Of a stretch of 50,932 nucleotides of DNA, positions 24,236-36,374 are shown piece by piece. The translations under genes and the position numbers were made by a program. The stretch is from positions 5,564 through 56,495 of the forward strand of contig MQRK01223825.1 of assembly GCA_001938485.1 (NCBI GenBank). Direction: 5' to 3'. Numbering within the stretch: position 1 is the first letter of the stretch; each line of letters starts with the position of its first letter. Below the pieces are notes generated by a model that saw only the letters and a list, made by a program, of their open reading frames with translations, did not search any database and had not been told where the DNA came from. This DNA is from Girardia tigrina (taxonomy: Eukaryota).

Positions 24236-25559
24236 TTCATGTCGATGCAGGAGATTTATGATGAAACACGATCGTAAAACAACATATAATAAACATCATT
24301 CGTAAATATTCCTCACAGTCTGAATCCGGACTTTCGAATCTGTGGAATTACTGGGCTAATCCATTAATATTAAAACCTATCAGATAAGGTAATGTTATCA
24401 AAAATTGGGGGAGGTATTTGGTTTGCTTAAGTTGAATTCTTAATATATCTGGTGCACAATCTAAATTTAATATCACACAATATAACAATTTATTTTAATA
24501 TTTATGCATTTATATTTTAGGAAGAAAATATCTTTTTGAAATAAACATTTTATCTTATATTTTTGATTTTTAGAATGTAAATTATTGGGCCTTTTTCATA
24601 TTTGAGATTGTTTACCTTTTATGTCAATCCGAATTGTTGATCTTGTGATATGAAAATTTTGTAATTGGAATTTTTATAAGGAAAATACTTATTTTTAAGT
24701 TATTATGCTTGTATTGTTGTCGATGTAATAAACGTTTTATAATCATATCTAAATAAAAGAGTAGAAAGTTCAGAAACATATTTGGTTAATAAACACCAAA
24801 TAATTCTACGAAGATTACATTTTGATTTTTTTTCGAATAATAGAACGTTAAAGAAGCTTTTTGTTATTAATCAAGTAATTTTATGTTAGAATAGAAAACC
24901 AGGTGTAAATTCTGATAATATTAAATGTATTGTGGATTGGATGGGTCGAGCCTGAGTTTGTAAAGACACTAAAAACGTTGAATCTGCTTATCAGGTTACA
25001 TATTCCCCAAAAACTTATCATTTCATTCCTATCAGTTTTCTAAATCATACAGAAGACGCAGAGATCAGTTTTGACGTTTTCAATTTCATGAAAAATGCCA
25101 CCATAATCATAAGTTAAAATCCGTTAGGCTCGTGATCTGTTGGTGCGACTTCATTACAATAGATTGACTTGATAACATTAAATGGTATCTATTCAATTTG
25201 TCGTGATTCCAAAAATTAAAAGTATATTTTATAAAATATGTGCAAGTGTACAATGGCTTATCAAAGCAAAGAATGTCAATGTGATACAGGACAAAAAATA
25301 ACAAATTAAAAAAAGGAACAAAAGCATTAAACTTTAGACAAAATATCTAAACCTACGAGATTTTTATTAATAATAACAACATAAAAGACTAAACAATTCC
25401 AAAAAAATTATATTTCAGACTATAAATATCAAAGTATTATCCAACGCATCGTATTTTTTAAAATAGTTTATCATTTTAGAAGACTGATAACTACTTATTA
25501 TTTATGGAATTATAAACTATACTATCAGGAAAAGAAGATACATTTTTATAAACTCTGGT

Positions 25560-26580
25560 AAAGTCACCAGAAACCATCTACGCGTTGTATTTTACCTAAT
25601 CTTGTGTGAGAGACCGACTATTGTGTAATCCTTCCACTGTGTTTTTTGTACGAGTCAAATTATTCAATGATCTCAGTTAGTAATTCTAAAAACTTGTTGG
25701 AAAGGTTGGACCTCTTCTTTCGTCTATTCTAGCGATGTATGTGTTTTCAAATTACCTTTAAACATATACAGTCGAGTCTCGATATAACGAACGTCGATAA
25801 AGCAAAATCCTCGATATTACGAATTATTTTTAATATAACGAATTATTTTGTCGGTTCCTTGAAATTCGTTATGTTGAGACTCGACTGTAACTCTTTGAAA
25901 TTTACAGTAAGATATTAATTGATAAAAATATATTATATCTGATTCTAGACAAATGGTTATCATAGAAAGACTACTCAATAAGTGCAGATAATATCAGTTT
26001 GATATATAGGTTTAGGACTGTTATCGATTATATTACGCCAAAAACTTTGAGGTAAATTAAAGACACCCATATACTATTGAGGAAAACTAATTAGAGTCAC
26101 ACTAAATGTATCATCTTGAAATATGTATTCTGAAGATGTCGAAATATTAAGTCCTTTATAAGTAGTATAGATTATCAAGTCATCACTTTTATGCAATATA
26201 AATCTCTTGCCATCAATTGTTGAATGGAAACGTCTCGACAAAAATTAGCAAAATGTAGTTCGTAATCAAAATCACGTGAATAATTTCTTCGACTACGGGT
26301 TATGAATTGCAAAAGGAAAAACAGGTATAATACTTGTGGACTTGATCGTCATAACACGAGAAAGAATTAAAAGCGTTAAATCTTCTTATTCTGCACTTTC
26401 ATACATTCTTGATTTCATTCTTGTGAGATCTATAATTTCTTTTCTTGGATCACAGTAATGTTCCCATGGCATTTGTACGTTTTCATGAGGATACTACTAG
26501 TACGATCAGAAGATCACCAGTAGGTTTTATTGTTCAAGTCTCTCTATATTGTATAAATACTCATTATAGACAACCATGCT
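25560..26580 (-). mobile_element. Second, highly decayed MULE transposase remnant
   Basis: FILHKSDDLIIYTT..YIFQDDTFSV..FPQ; QSFWRNI; FENTYI; LNNLTRTKNTVEGLHN; boundaries approximate. Confidence 0.65.
25769..25887. mobile_element. 119-bp pogo/Tigger-type MITE
   Basis: 23-bp TIRs CAGTCGAGTCTCGATATAACGAA / TTCGTTATGTTGAGACTCGACTG, TA TSD. Confidence 0.92.
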
Positions 26581-26609
26581 TGATTTACCTGTCACAATAA
26601 GTTTAATTT

Positions 26610-26724
26610 TATTACAAGCTTTTATTACGTTTCATTTGTTTGTTTGTTTGTCTGTATGGATCAAATCTTGCGATCGAAATTTCACCCACTTCCCGTTGTG
26701 CTGGTGACTTGAAATTTTCAGGAG
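26610..26724 (+). mobile_element. HINE/DINE-1-like (Helentron-associated) element, partial copy
   Basis: TACAAGCTTTTA subterminal repeat plus (GTTT/GTCT)n; near-identical start to 26913 copy; runs into N gap. Confidence 0.6.
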
Positions 26725-26912
26725 NNNNNNNNNNNNNNNNNNNNNNNNNNNNNNNNNNNNNNNNNNNNNNNNNNNNNNNNNTAATTTATTTTGCAAAAAA
26801 ACCACTTACGATTATCTACAAATTTATACACTGTATTACATAGCAATCTTTTTGTTTATTTTCATGAATAAAATTCAAACTCTACCAAATTACCAAATCA
26901 AATAATTATTAT

Positions 26913-27285
26913 TATTACAAGCTTTTATTACGTTTCATTTGTTTGTCTGTCTGGATGCATCAAATCTTGCGATCGAAAATTCATCCACCTAGCGACATGA
27001 AACTTTCAGGATGGATGTATTCTAGGTGACAATACACTTTTTCACTGTCACTGCTCATCTACCGCCCTTAGTTTGGCCGCAAAAAAGTAATTAAAGTGTC
27101 GTTCTCATGTTTTCCTCAGTAGTAGGCTTTGAAATTTGCTACATCTAAATGCAAATAGAAAGTGGGTTTTCGCCTAGTAGGCTTTGATAATTCAGTCAAA
27201 AAATGTGGGAAGTGGGTGATATAGATACAGAACCGCAAATATATGACAAATTATAAAAGCTTGTACCCCAAAAATTTTTTTGGTA
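26913..27285 (+). mobile_element. HINE/DINE-1-like (Helentron-associated) non-autonomous element
   Basis: Subterminal inverted repeats TACAAGCTTTTA (26916-26927) and TAAAAGCTTGTA (27254-27265), 5' microsatellite, 3' stem-loop ccaaaaa/tttttgg. Confidence 0.7.
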
Positions 27286-27454
27286 TGATATTATTTTCTT
27301 AAATATTGTATGTACTTTATCAAGTTTTACTTTTTTACGGTTATTTTTTCCCCTCAAATACAATTTCGACATTTTGAACTACAATTTAAATCGATACATT
27401 TTGAATTGTGGCATAGTGAATTACGATATTTTGGTTGCAAAATTATGAATTACG

Positions 27455-27800
27455 AGATTTTAGCAGCTGAATTTTTTCAAGAATAATTTTCAAATCAACC
27501 TCTGATTTTTTTAATATTGTGTTGATCCCCTGGTAATGTTGATCCATATTTTCTGTTAATATCAAGATATCACCCACATAAACTTTGGCTCAATTTATGT
27601 TTTTTATGACCTTTGTAACTTTGTCTCCCGCTGTAGCACTCATAAAAATATTGTCCTTCTTTGGTCGAAAAAGCAGATTATTTTTGTGAAATCCCATCTA
27701 ACTTAACTTGGTGAAATACGTTTCCGTGGTCGATAGAACTGAAATATTTTGCTCCGCATAATGAATCCGGCATTTCGTCAATGTTTAATATTTTCTTTTG
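27455..27800 (-). pseudogene. Decayed Gypsy-type reverse transcriptase fragment
   Basis: NIDEMPDSLCGAKYFSSIDHGNVFHQV..SAFSTKEGQY..VYVGDILI. Confidence 0.75.
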
Positions 27801-28135
27801 TCCGATAATAACCGTTCCTAACAAAGATCGTTTTTATCAACATTCAGTTCTTCGTAATTAGTTCGAACGGTCTTGACTACGTCGTTCTTTATGTACGTTG
27901 TTCTCACGAGTACAGCCTCGTATCGGCTGTGTTCTGATATCTGTGCATTTTCGAATGTAAGAGTACTCTCTGTTCATCAGTGATAATATTTAGATAACTC
28001 TGTAATTTTGATTGATGTATCGATTTTGAATAATAAAAGTTAAATCATATAATGAACAGGATTAAGGATAACAAAAGTCATTTCGTTAAGTTTATTCATG
28101 TCAACAAATTTTTTTATACTAGTTTTCCTTATTTA

Positions 28136-28813
28136 CAGTGAAAGCTGCTTATAGTAGTCACATCTATCCAGCCAGATTTGGTCACTATAACCGGTTGGTC
28201 ACCATACTAAAGTTGTTATAGTACTGTCCTCCGAATCGGGCTATGGATACCAGCACTAATTTCTCGTGCGGGAAGCATCGCCAGTTCAATGTCGACTGGC
28301 ACCGTTTGGCGCTCCGACGATTGGGGTCAGACTCGCCGCGGCTTCCCAAAACGCGGACTCGTACTCGTGGCCGCTAGAAAGTTCAAGGTAATTTGTGATC
28401 AACCAAGCCCACCGACTGTCAACCCGAAAACGCGACTATGGTGGCTGCATGTGTGTGCCGGGCAGCGCCAAAGTGTGTGAGGCTGCTCGATTGAGGCCGC
28501 TGCCACACAGTGTGGTTCGAATTATAATCTATCATAATTTCGAAGTGACAAAAATAAAATCGAATCGTAACAATATTTATTTCAGTAAATTACAAAATTG
28601 AGCTACATTAATCTATATTAATCAAACAAAATGTATTATTTTACACAAATTATAAATTTTTATTTTTAATAGTTTGTTTTTAATATCCGAGCACCACATT
28701 TGTCTATGAAGACTTAGTTTTTTAGTTCGATGATCAATATTTAAATAGTTTTAAAAATTTATTTTAAAAAATCTCGTAGGACGAATGTGGCCCACTATAA
28801 TCGGCTCTCACTG
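28136..28813. mobile_element. Non-autonomous pogo-like element (678 bp, GC-rich interior)
   Basis: Imperfect TIRs CAGTGA(A/G)AGC..TTATAGT..CACAT, TA on both sides. Confidence 0.8.
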
Positions 28814-30313
28814 TATTTTTGTGTATTTAAACAACGACTTTTTATCAAACGTTTTAATAAATATGTTATGTCATATCTTTGATTAGTTAATTAATACATA
28901 AAAATATATAAACATTTACATAAAATTTTCTAACACAAAAATTCTGTTTTTTTTAAATTACACAAAATAAGATGAAATTCGATAACAATTAATTAACAGT
29001 TATTGATAAAAGTTAAATAGATTTTTTCAAATAATTAATACAAATATACATTCTATCTTAGTTTGTAAATTGTTATAGTACACAACATTTAGCATTGGGA
29101 ATGTTTGTCTCACAGTGACGGAATTGAGCCGATGAAACTTGAAACAAATTCTAATATCTTTTTTCCATTCTACATATGCAGATTAAATCTGTTTTCATGG
29201 GTGAAATAAATTTTCTAGTTATATTATTTTCGCTTCTTTAATCTACTTAATTGATGTCGTCCGTATCTACTTTTCCCTGCAACTGCCGATCTATAGCTCC
29301 GGAATCTGTTTTGAATCCCATTGTCCCTTGCAGTGTTAGTTGCCATGTTAGTTGTGTTTGTAACATCAATTTCAGAAATCATTTTACTCAATTTAATAGA
29401 ATTCAAATTTAACTAAAATTATTATTTTGAAAACTACTTAATCGGATGTGTTTTGATCAACTCATCTTTCTATTAAAATAATATTTTAATTCAAATTAAT
29501 ATAAAAAGAATATTTTCAATTTCAAATTTAAAATATTTAAGTATCATTCTATGTATTAATTTAAAATTTGGAATTTGGTTTCAATTCCAAATAATTTTTT
29601 AAATTATTTAAATTTCGATCAGCGAACTGAAGATTAATTAACTCCTCAAATGTATTCTTTACTTTTTGAAGTTCGATGGATTTCAAGGAATTTTTGTAAT
29701 AGACTTTAAAATATTATTTATTTTTCAAGTGTTATAAATATAAATAAATATATAAGAAAGATAAATAAATATATTTATATCTTAATGGCTTAAAATCATT
29801 TTTAGATACGACCGTTTTAATAAGGAACTATTATATGAATAAAGGAATTTTTAGAAATATAAAAACCAACGCCATTTTATATCAGTATATTCCTCGAGTT
29901 TACACTACTGTTTCAAGATAAATTCTGAACGTCAACGTTCATAGAAAGTAAACTTAAATTTGTCAAGGTTGATCGTTTTGGATTTCGTGATGAAGTAGAT
30001 GTGTTTTGTGAAAAGAAGAAAATTTTATTTGGATTTTATCGATTGATGGAATTAATGAATTTATTTTATTCTTTTCGACTTTGGCAATATAATTTTTTTC
30101 GATTGGAATTTGGGAATATATTATTACAATTTTTTGATGTTGTAAAAAAAGAAATTTGTTTTTTATATTTAATGTAAAAATTATTAAAAAAAAGTGCTGT
30201 TTAATTGAATTAAAATTGAAAATTATTTAAATAAAATAAAAGGTTTTAAGGGTGATTCGCATTTTATGAAATTGGGCCGGTGAAAGAGAAAAATAAATTG
30301 AAACGTGTAAAAG

Positions 30314-30640
30314 ATGAAAGAAATTGTTCAATTGCCGACTGGTCCGTGTGGAAATCTAATTGGATCAAAAATTTGGGAAGTGATATCAGACGAACTTGGA
30401 GTCGATTTGATTGGCACATATCACGGAGATTCCGATCTGCAATTAGAGCAGATCAGTGTTTGGTGCAGTGAGGACACTGGGGGAGAGTGTGTTCCACGAG
30501 CAATAATAGTGAATTTAGATCCGGCCGCGATGGATTCTGCTTGAGCGGACCATTCGGACAGATATTTCGACTGGACGGTTTCACTTTCGGCCAAAGTGGA
30601 GCGGGAAACAATTGGGCGAGGGGATACTAAATCGAGGGCC
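30314..30640 (+). pseudogene. TUBB: Truncated beta-tubulin pseudogene (N-terminal about 110 codons)
   Basis: [63 protein letters not shown]; two stops and a frameshift, no introns. Confidence 0.95.
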
Positions 30641-30743
30641 CCGATGGGGATCGAATGTCGTGGGAGTTTACAGCGGGAAACAATTGGGCGAGGGGATACT
30701 AAATCGAGGGCCCCGATGGGGATCGAATGTCGTGGGAGTTTAC
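30600..30743 (+). repeat. Perfect 72-bp tandem duplication
   Basis: 30600-30671 equals 30672-30743. Confidence 0.95.
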
Positions 30744-31986
30744 CACGAGTGAGTTAAAAATAAATTATACCCCTAGATCGCCCCACGACTACAGGGTGCT
30801 GCTACCGCACTGCGCTCGCTCTTCTATCATCTACTCTGAAGGATTAAAATAGTTAAAAATTTTATAAAAATAAGCTATTAATTACCTTTAAAAATTTAAT
30901 CTTCTATCTCATTCACTTAAAGTGGAATATTTTTGTAATAAAGTATCTGCTCATTTGAGTCTATGAATATAGAAATAGTCAGTCACCTCTACAAACTTAT
31001 AGAGAGTAGAAGTAATATTACTGAATATTGGCTAACTTGTTATTGAAAGATGAAGGAACCTTAGTAACTGTTTGATAAAGCTGTGAAATCCATGTAACTC
31101 TAATATTATAATGAATAAAATAATTTAACAGTTATTACTAAAATTTTATTAACAATTGAAACGAATCAACGGAAGGATGAAAAAACAAAGATTAAATATG
31201 AATCGCTGGGAAGGAAAATAAATTGTTTAGAGAGTTTAATAATGTCTATTTACTTTAAATTTAAGGTGTTGTTTTTTTCTCAACACCGATTTTCGGATTT
31301 AGTGAATAGATTAATTGTCTTGATAGGAAGTTCGGATTGACGAGTAAAATCAAATCATTCCATGTGTTTATCGTCAACTTGATGGAAGGCCAAATAAAAT
31401 GATTGTTTTATGGCGATTTCCTATTTTCGTTGGGATAAGATTTGAATGTCTCCTTTGATAAACTTTGGCGGCGTGTCTCAGAATCACCGTTATAAGAGTT
31501 TGTGAATTATTCTTATTTCCGTTGTTAGGTTTTTAATTATTAATTTTCTATTTAAAATTTTAATTTTTTGTTGATTTTTTATATAATATACTAATTTATT
31601 ATTATTAATATAATTTTTAATTATTATAATCCATTTATGCTGTTTGGGACCAATTGTTTGGTGGAAACGGATTAATGAATCGTTCCTCAAATGGTACTGG
31701 TTTCAAGCAGCTAACCGGTGTCGAGATAAAAAATAAATAGCAATAAAAAAGCAAAAAATAAATATATTTATTGATCGTTCTGTGGGTGAAAAGGAAATTA
31801 CTACACTCGTAACAGTAACTTGAGTATAAATGATTAAAGAAGCAAGATTTAACAATTATATATATTTAAAAAATAAAAAAGAATTATTATTACAATATTT
31901 TGATTTCTCTTTTACCTTTCATAAATGATTTGCAATCGAAATTATCATTGGAAAAATTCCTTAACAGTAAGAAAGTCTTCTTTCAT

Positions 31987-32547
31987 TCAATAGTTTTTAA
32001 CTTTTTTATTAAATATTCTGTTTCTCAATTCCAATAAAGTCGGATTACGTTTGCTGGAATTCTGGTTGAGAAATTCCCTCCGAAAATTTTTTTCATTGAT
32101 TTTATTTTTTACATTGATTGAGTATTCATTGCTAAAGAGATTCAGTTTTTTGAAGACCGATTCATCTTTGGCTAGATATCTCTTCTTGCGAATTCTGTCA
32201 ATTATAGAATCACGATTTTTTGTCGGGAATAAAGCGATTCTTTCGTCGACATGATTCGAATTCGTTCCGGAATACGTTCTACCGAAATCAGACGAAGTTC
32301 TCTTCATCTCGACAATTTTACCCTTTTGCATATTCAAAAGATAATTTTCTTTGATCATTAAATTTCTCATTTGATCGAGAAGATTGATTTTGTTAATCAG
32401 GATTTTTCTTTCTTCTAAGATTCTATTACTCAATATTTTTTGAAAGTTTTTATTTTGTCTCCAAGCATTACTGTGTCGCTTGTAACTTCCCAAGAAATCG
32501 ATCGTTTTTCCTCCAAAATACGTAACATCTCCGTGAGATATATTCAT
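31987..32547 (-). CDS. Hypothetical 186-aa basic, partly coiled-coil protein
   Basis: Uninterrupted ATG-started ORF in very AT-rich context; heptad-like RILEERKILINKINLLDQMRNLMIKE; no TE motifs. Confidence 0.5.
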   Translation of the reverse strand: MNISHGDVTYFGGKTIDFLGSYKRHSNAWRQNKNFQKILSNRILEERKILINKINLLDQMRNLMIKENYLLNMQKGKIVEMKRTSSDFGRTYSGTNSNHVDERIALFPTKNRDSIIDRIRKKRYLAKDESVFKKLNLFSNEYSINVKNKINEKNFRREFLNQNSSKRNPTLLELRNRIFNKKVKNY

Positions 32548-33310
32548 TAAATTGAATTAACTAAAACTTAATAAAACGATTTATTGACCAATTTAATTTT
32601 AAATAATTATTATATTAAGATTCTTCAATTCTATAAATTTTTATTTAACAATTCTTCAGATTTATAACTATTTTCTTTATTTAATAACACTGTTTCATTT
32701 ATTTCGATTCCTTCAGTCATATCAACTCTGCACTCTTTTACCTCAAATTCTTTACATGATTAAAATTGGTCACTAAACAACATTCATATACGGTAATCTT
32801 ATTGGCTTGTTGTCGCTAAAATTTGCGGAAGTATGGTACTGGCTACCGGACCGAGCTGCAGTAACTATGACTTCTTAATCGAGGAAGAAGTTGCTGGTCG
32901 GAAGAGTCGTCCGACCATCTTGCGTGCGCTCATGAACCTGTTGAACCCAGTGGCCAACAGTCGACGTTCATACGAATGTTGGTCTTCTGACCAGCTTGTG
33001 GGAGTTCCCCGTTCAGTGTCACCATCTACGGTCAATCAGCTTATACCCCGATCGTTCACTAGTTCTTGTGAATCGTCCGTGTACCGATTCCCAGATTGAG
33101 ACGGCGGTAAGTCCGGCCAGACTGGTTTCATCATTGTAGAGATCGAGGTAGACGTGTTTGGATGGTATCGTGAGCGATAATTGATGGATAACGTGTTCGG
33201 TCTTCCGAGAGAATTATAGTACGCGAAACACACTTTGATTAGACAAATAGCAAACCGGTCACTCGGATTGTAGTATCTTTCAAATAACCGATTAAATATC
33301 GCTCAATTAA

Positions 33311-33542
33311 CCCTACAATGCGCCGCGATTCATATTTAAATCAACCATATTTTACCTCAATATCTTTTAATCACGTGATATTCTTTGAGTGTTTACATAC
33401 TGTGAACCAAAAGCATTGTCTATGGAATGATAACTGCCCATAAAGTCATAGATGCAATATATTTTGTCAACAAAAATTACAGTTCAGTTTGTAATACTGG
33501 CCGCGTGTTTTATGATAATTAAAAAAATTGCGCATTGTAGGG
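33311..33542. mobile_element. 232-bp piggyBac-type MITE
   Basis: TTAA TSD, 13-bp TIRs CCCTACAATGCGC; empty site in the sister LTR near 40212. Confidence 0.93.
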
Positions 33543-35066
33543 TTAAATACGTATTGAAATCATCAAAATCAAATCAAACTTTTATTTTTTTTAATTCCAT
33601 TTTAAACTTAAATTGATGCATTTAAACAACATATATTCATACTTATAAGTTAGTCACAACGCCTCTGTCTTTAATAGTTCTGGATGTAATCTTCCAAATG
33701 TTTCGGGTTTCTTCATAGTCTCCCGGGTCTTCGCAGGGCTTCTTCCAGAGTGTTCTCCGCATCTTCAGTTTCTTCAGAGGGAATTACCTAAACCGATGTG
33801 TAACTTTGAGATCGAGGAGCTAATTTTTAATTTCGAATATTTATTTCGAAGCCCTACTTCAATTCAAAGGTAAAAGGACCAATTGCCTTAACAAATCGCC
33901 GCATATTGTCATTTAGTGTAATCATTTCATCACAAACTTTGAATGGATTCTTTTGCAAAGGTTTTCAGTGATTATTGGCATAGTTTGCTTGAGCTCGCTC
34001 TTTAAAGAACAATGTGAAATCTTGTTGAGATATGTCTTTGTTTCAAGCCACATCCAACGAAACATCAAGTCTTTTGGAGATTTTTCAGTTATAATATGCT
34101 TGGTGGCTCCATAATTCCTGGCATAGTCCCAAAAATCATTTTTAAATTTCTCCAACGTCACAAAACCTATGATCTTTTCTAGCTTTTTTTATGTTTCTGT
34201 TCATCCGTTTCATAAGCCCATTTGCTTGAGGGTTGTAAATTGAAAAACGCTTATGCTGAATACCATGATTAATTAAATATTCACGGAAAACATGAGAGAT
34301 AAACTGTGCACCATTGTCCCTGACAATACAAGTAGGTAGTCCAAAGATGGAAAATAATTCCTCCAAAAAATGTTTGATTTCTAGTGTCGTAGTGTCCGAG
34401 TTTCTGATGGGCAAGTTGAAACCACCACTTCAAAAATTTTTATATCCAATTTTGCCACTAAGATATGTTAGGGTTCTGAAAAAATACATGTGAACACTTT
34501 TGATAAAATTTTATATAGGAAATTTTTAAATAATTCTTTTAGTAAAATTAGTAACTTCAAATAAAATAATATTTAGTCTAACAANNNNNNNNNNNNNNNN
34601 NNNNNNNNNNNNNNNNNNNNNNNNNNNNNNNNNNNNNNNNNNNNNNNNNNNNNNNNNNNNNNNNNNNNNNNNNNNNNNNNNNNNNNNNNNNNNNNNNNNN
34701 NNNNNNNNNNNNNNNNNNNNNNNNNNNNNNNNNNNNNNNNNNNNNNNNNNNNNNNNNNNNNNNNNNNNNNNNNNNNNNNNNNNNNNNNNNNNNNNNNNNN
34801 NNNNNNNNNNNNNNNNNNNNNNNNNNNNNNNNNNNNNNNNNNNNNNNNNNNNNNNNNNNNNNNNNNNNNNNNNNNNNNNNNAAAGCATCGTTCGTTTTGG
34901 GAGATTCACAGTTTTTACTGTAATCTGTTAACTCGCACGAAATATTGATTGTATTTGTATTCTGTCATCAAAGAATTGAGTTATTATTATTATTTGTGAC
35001 ATGTTGATATTTGTTATTTGAAATAAAGTTTGATAAAAGAATTTTTGTTCATTATTCATATATTTA

Positions 35067-35261
35067 TGTTGGAAGACCTTTCTGAATAATTGGAGTCAGA
35101 TCAAAAGATAAAAGATTATTGATTGAGAATTATTGATTAAAGATTATTGATTAAAGAAATAAGAAAAGAGATTTACGATTAAAGATAAAGATTTAAGTTT
35201 TGTGTTTTTAAAAGTGAATAATTGAAGTTAAAGACATTTTTAATAATTTAAAAACCCAACA
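35067..35261. repeat. Possible solo LTR interrupting gag of element A
   Basis: TGTTGG...CCAACA termini, internal GATTATTGATT repeats; no clear TSD. Confidence 0.4.
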
Positions 35262-36374
35262 GATATATAGGACATCCTTCTTGTCAGCCTTATCTAGAAT
35301 TAAATTCAACTTCAATTTCTGAAGCCAAACGAGAAAGTTCATTTGATTGGCAAATTGCTCGATTTTATGAGTAAAAGCCGTCATGGTGTATGATATAATT
35401 CCAAAATATTTAAATGGTGGGTGTAGTGCCCTACTTATTTTGCTGTTCTTTTGGTGACGTGTGTATGTGTGATGGGATAATGAATGAGTCTAATATTTTT
35501 AACTGTATGGTTACATGATTTTTATTTTTACGTTTGTGTGACCAGCTGATACCAGGGTTTTGTAAGATTTATTTTTATTTATTTACTTCTATTTGAGAAA
35601 ATACAATTGATTGTTTGATGCGATATATTTTTTGTGATTTTTTTTTATTTATTTTATTTTGTGTGTGACCGCGTTTTTTTTGGTGTTGTTAAACCTATTT
35701 TGTTTGGGAAAGGATAGATTTTTATTTTCTTTTTGGATAATAACTAACAGATATCCATTTATTGAAATGCTTTCCAATATCAATTTTCAGCATTTGAAAG
35801 ACTTGGTAATTTTGTTCCCCGAATATTATTATAGTGTATTAAAGTCATTTTTTATGCATTGTTACCGGTATTTTATTAAACATTGCCGAATGCATTTTTA
35901 TAGCCAAATAAAAAATTAAAAAATGAATAATAAAAATTCAAAAGCGAGATCAATCAAAATTAATTAAAAAATCAATAAACAGAATTTATTTTATGACTTA
36001 CTTGACTACAGAAATATTTCTTTGACGATTAACTGACAATCTGAAGTTATACAAATCTGAGTCCATACAAATTGCCGGCTATCAACAACATCAAGTATCT
36101 TTGTTATAGAACATTATAAAATCGACATTGTGACTGAATTAGTTTAAATTATTTCAAGAACGGTTATTTATTATTTTTATCATTAAAAATTTGTTTTGTT
36201 GATATTTTCAATCAGAGTTGAATTATTTTGATTTATTATCCTTGTTATTAAGATAAGGCTAATTAGCTAAAGTGACTTGTTGAAACTCCCTCTTTGTTCG
36301 ATAAGTACGGTTTCTGTTAGAGAACAGAGTGAGTTTTACAGTGGGTATAGTAGAACTAATCTCCAAAATGCAGT

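Noticed and set aside
30600-30743. CRISPR-like array
   Set aside because: Two adjacent identical units without spacers in a eukaryotic context; no CRISPR, rRNA or tRNA gene recognised in the window
36345-36368. PBS of element A (minus strand TGGAGATTAGTTC)
   Set aside because: Starts with TGG but I could not match it convincingly to any tRNA
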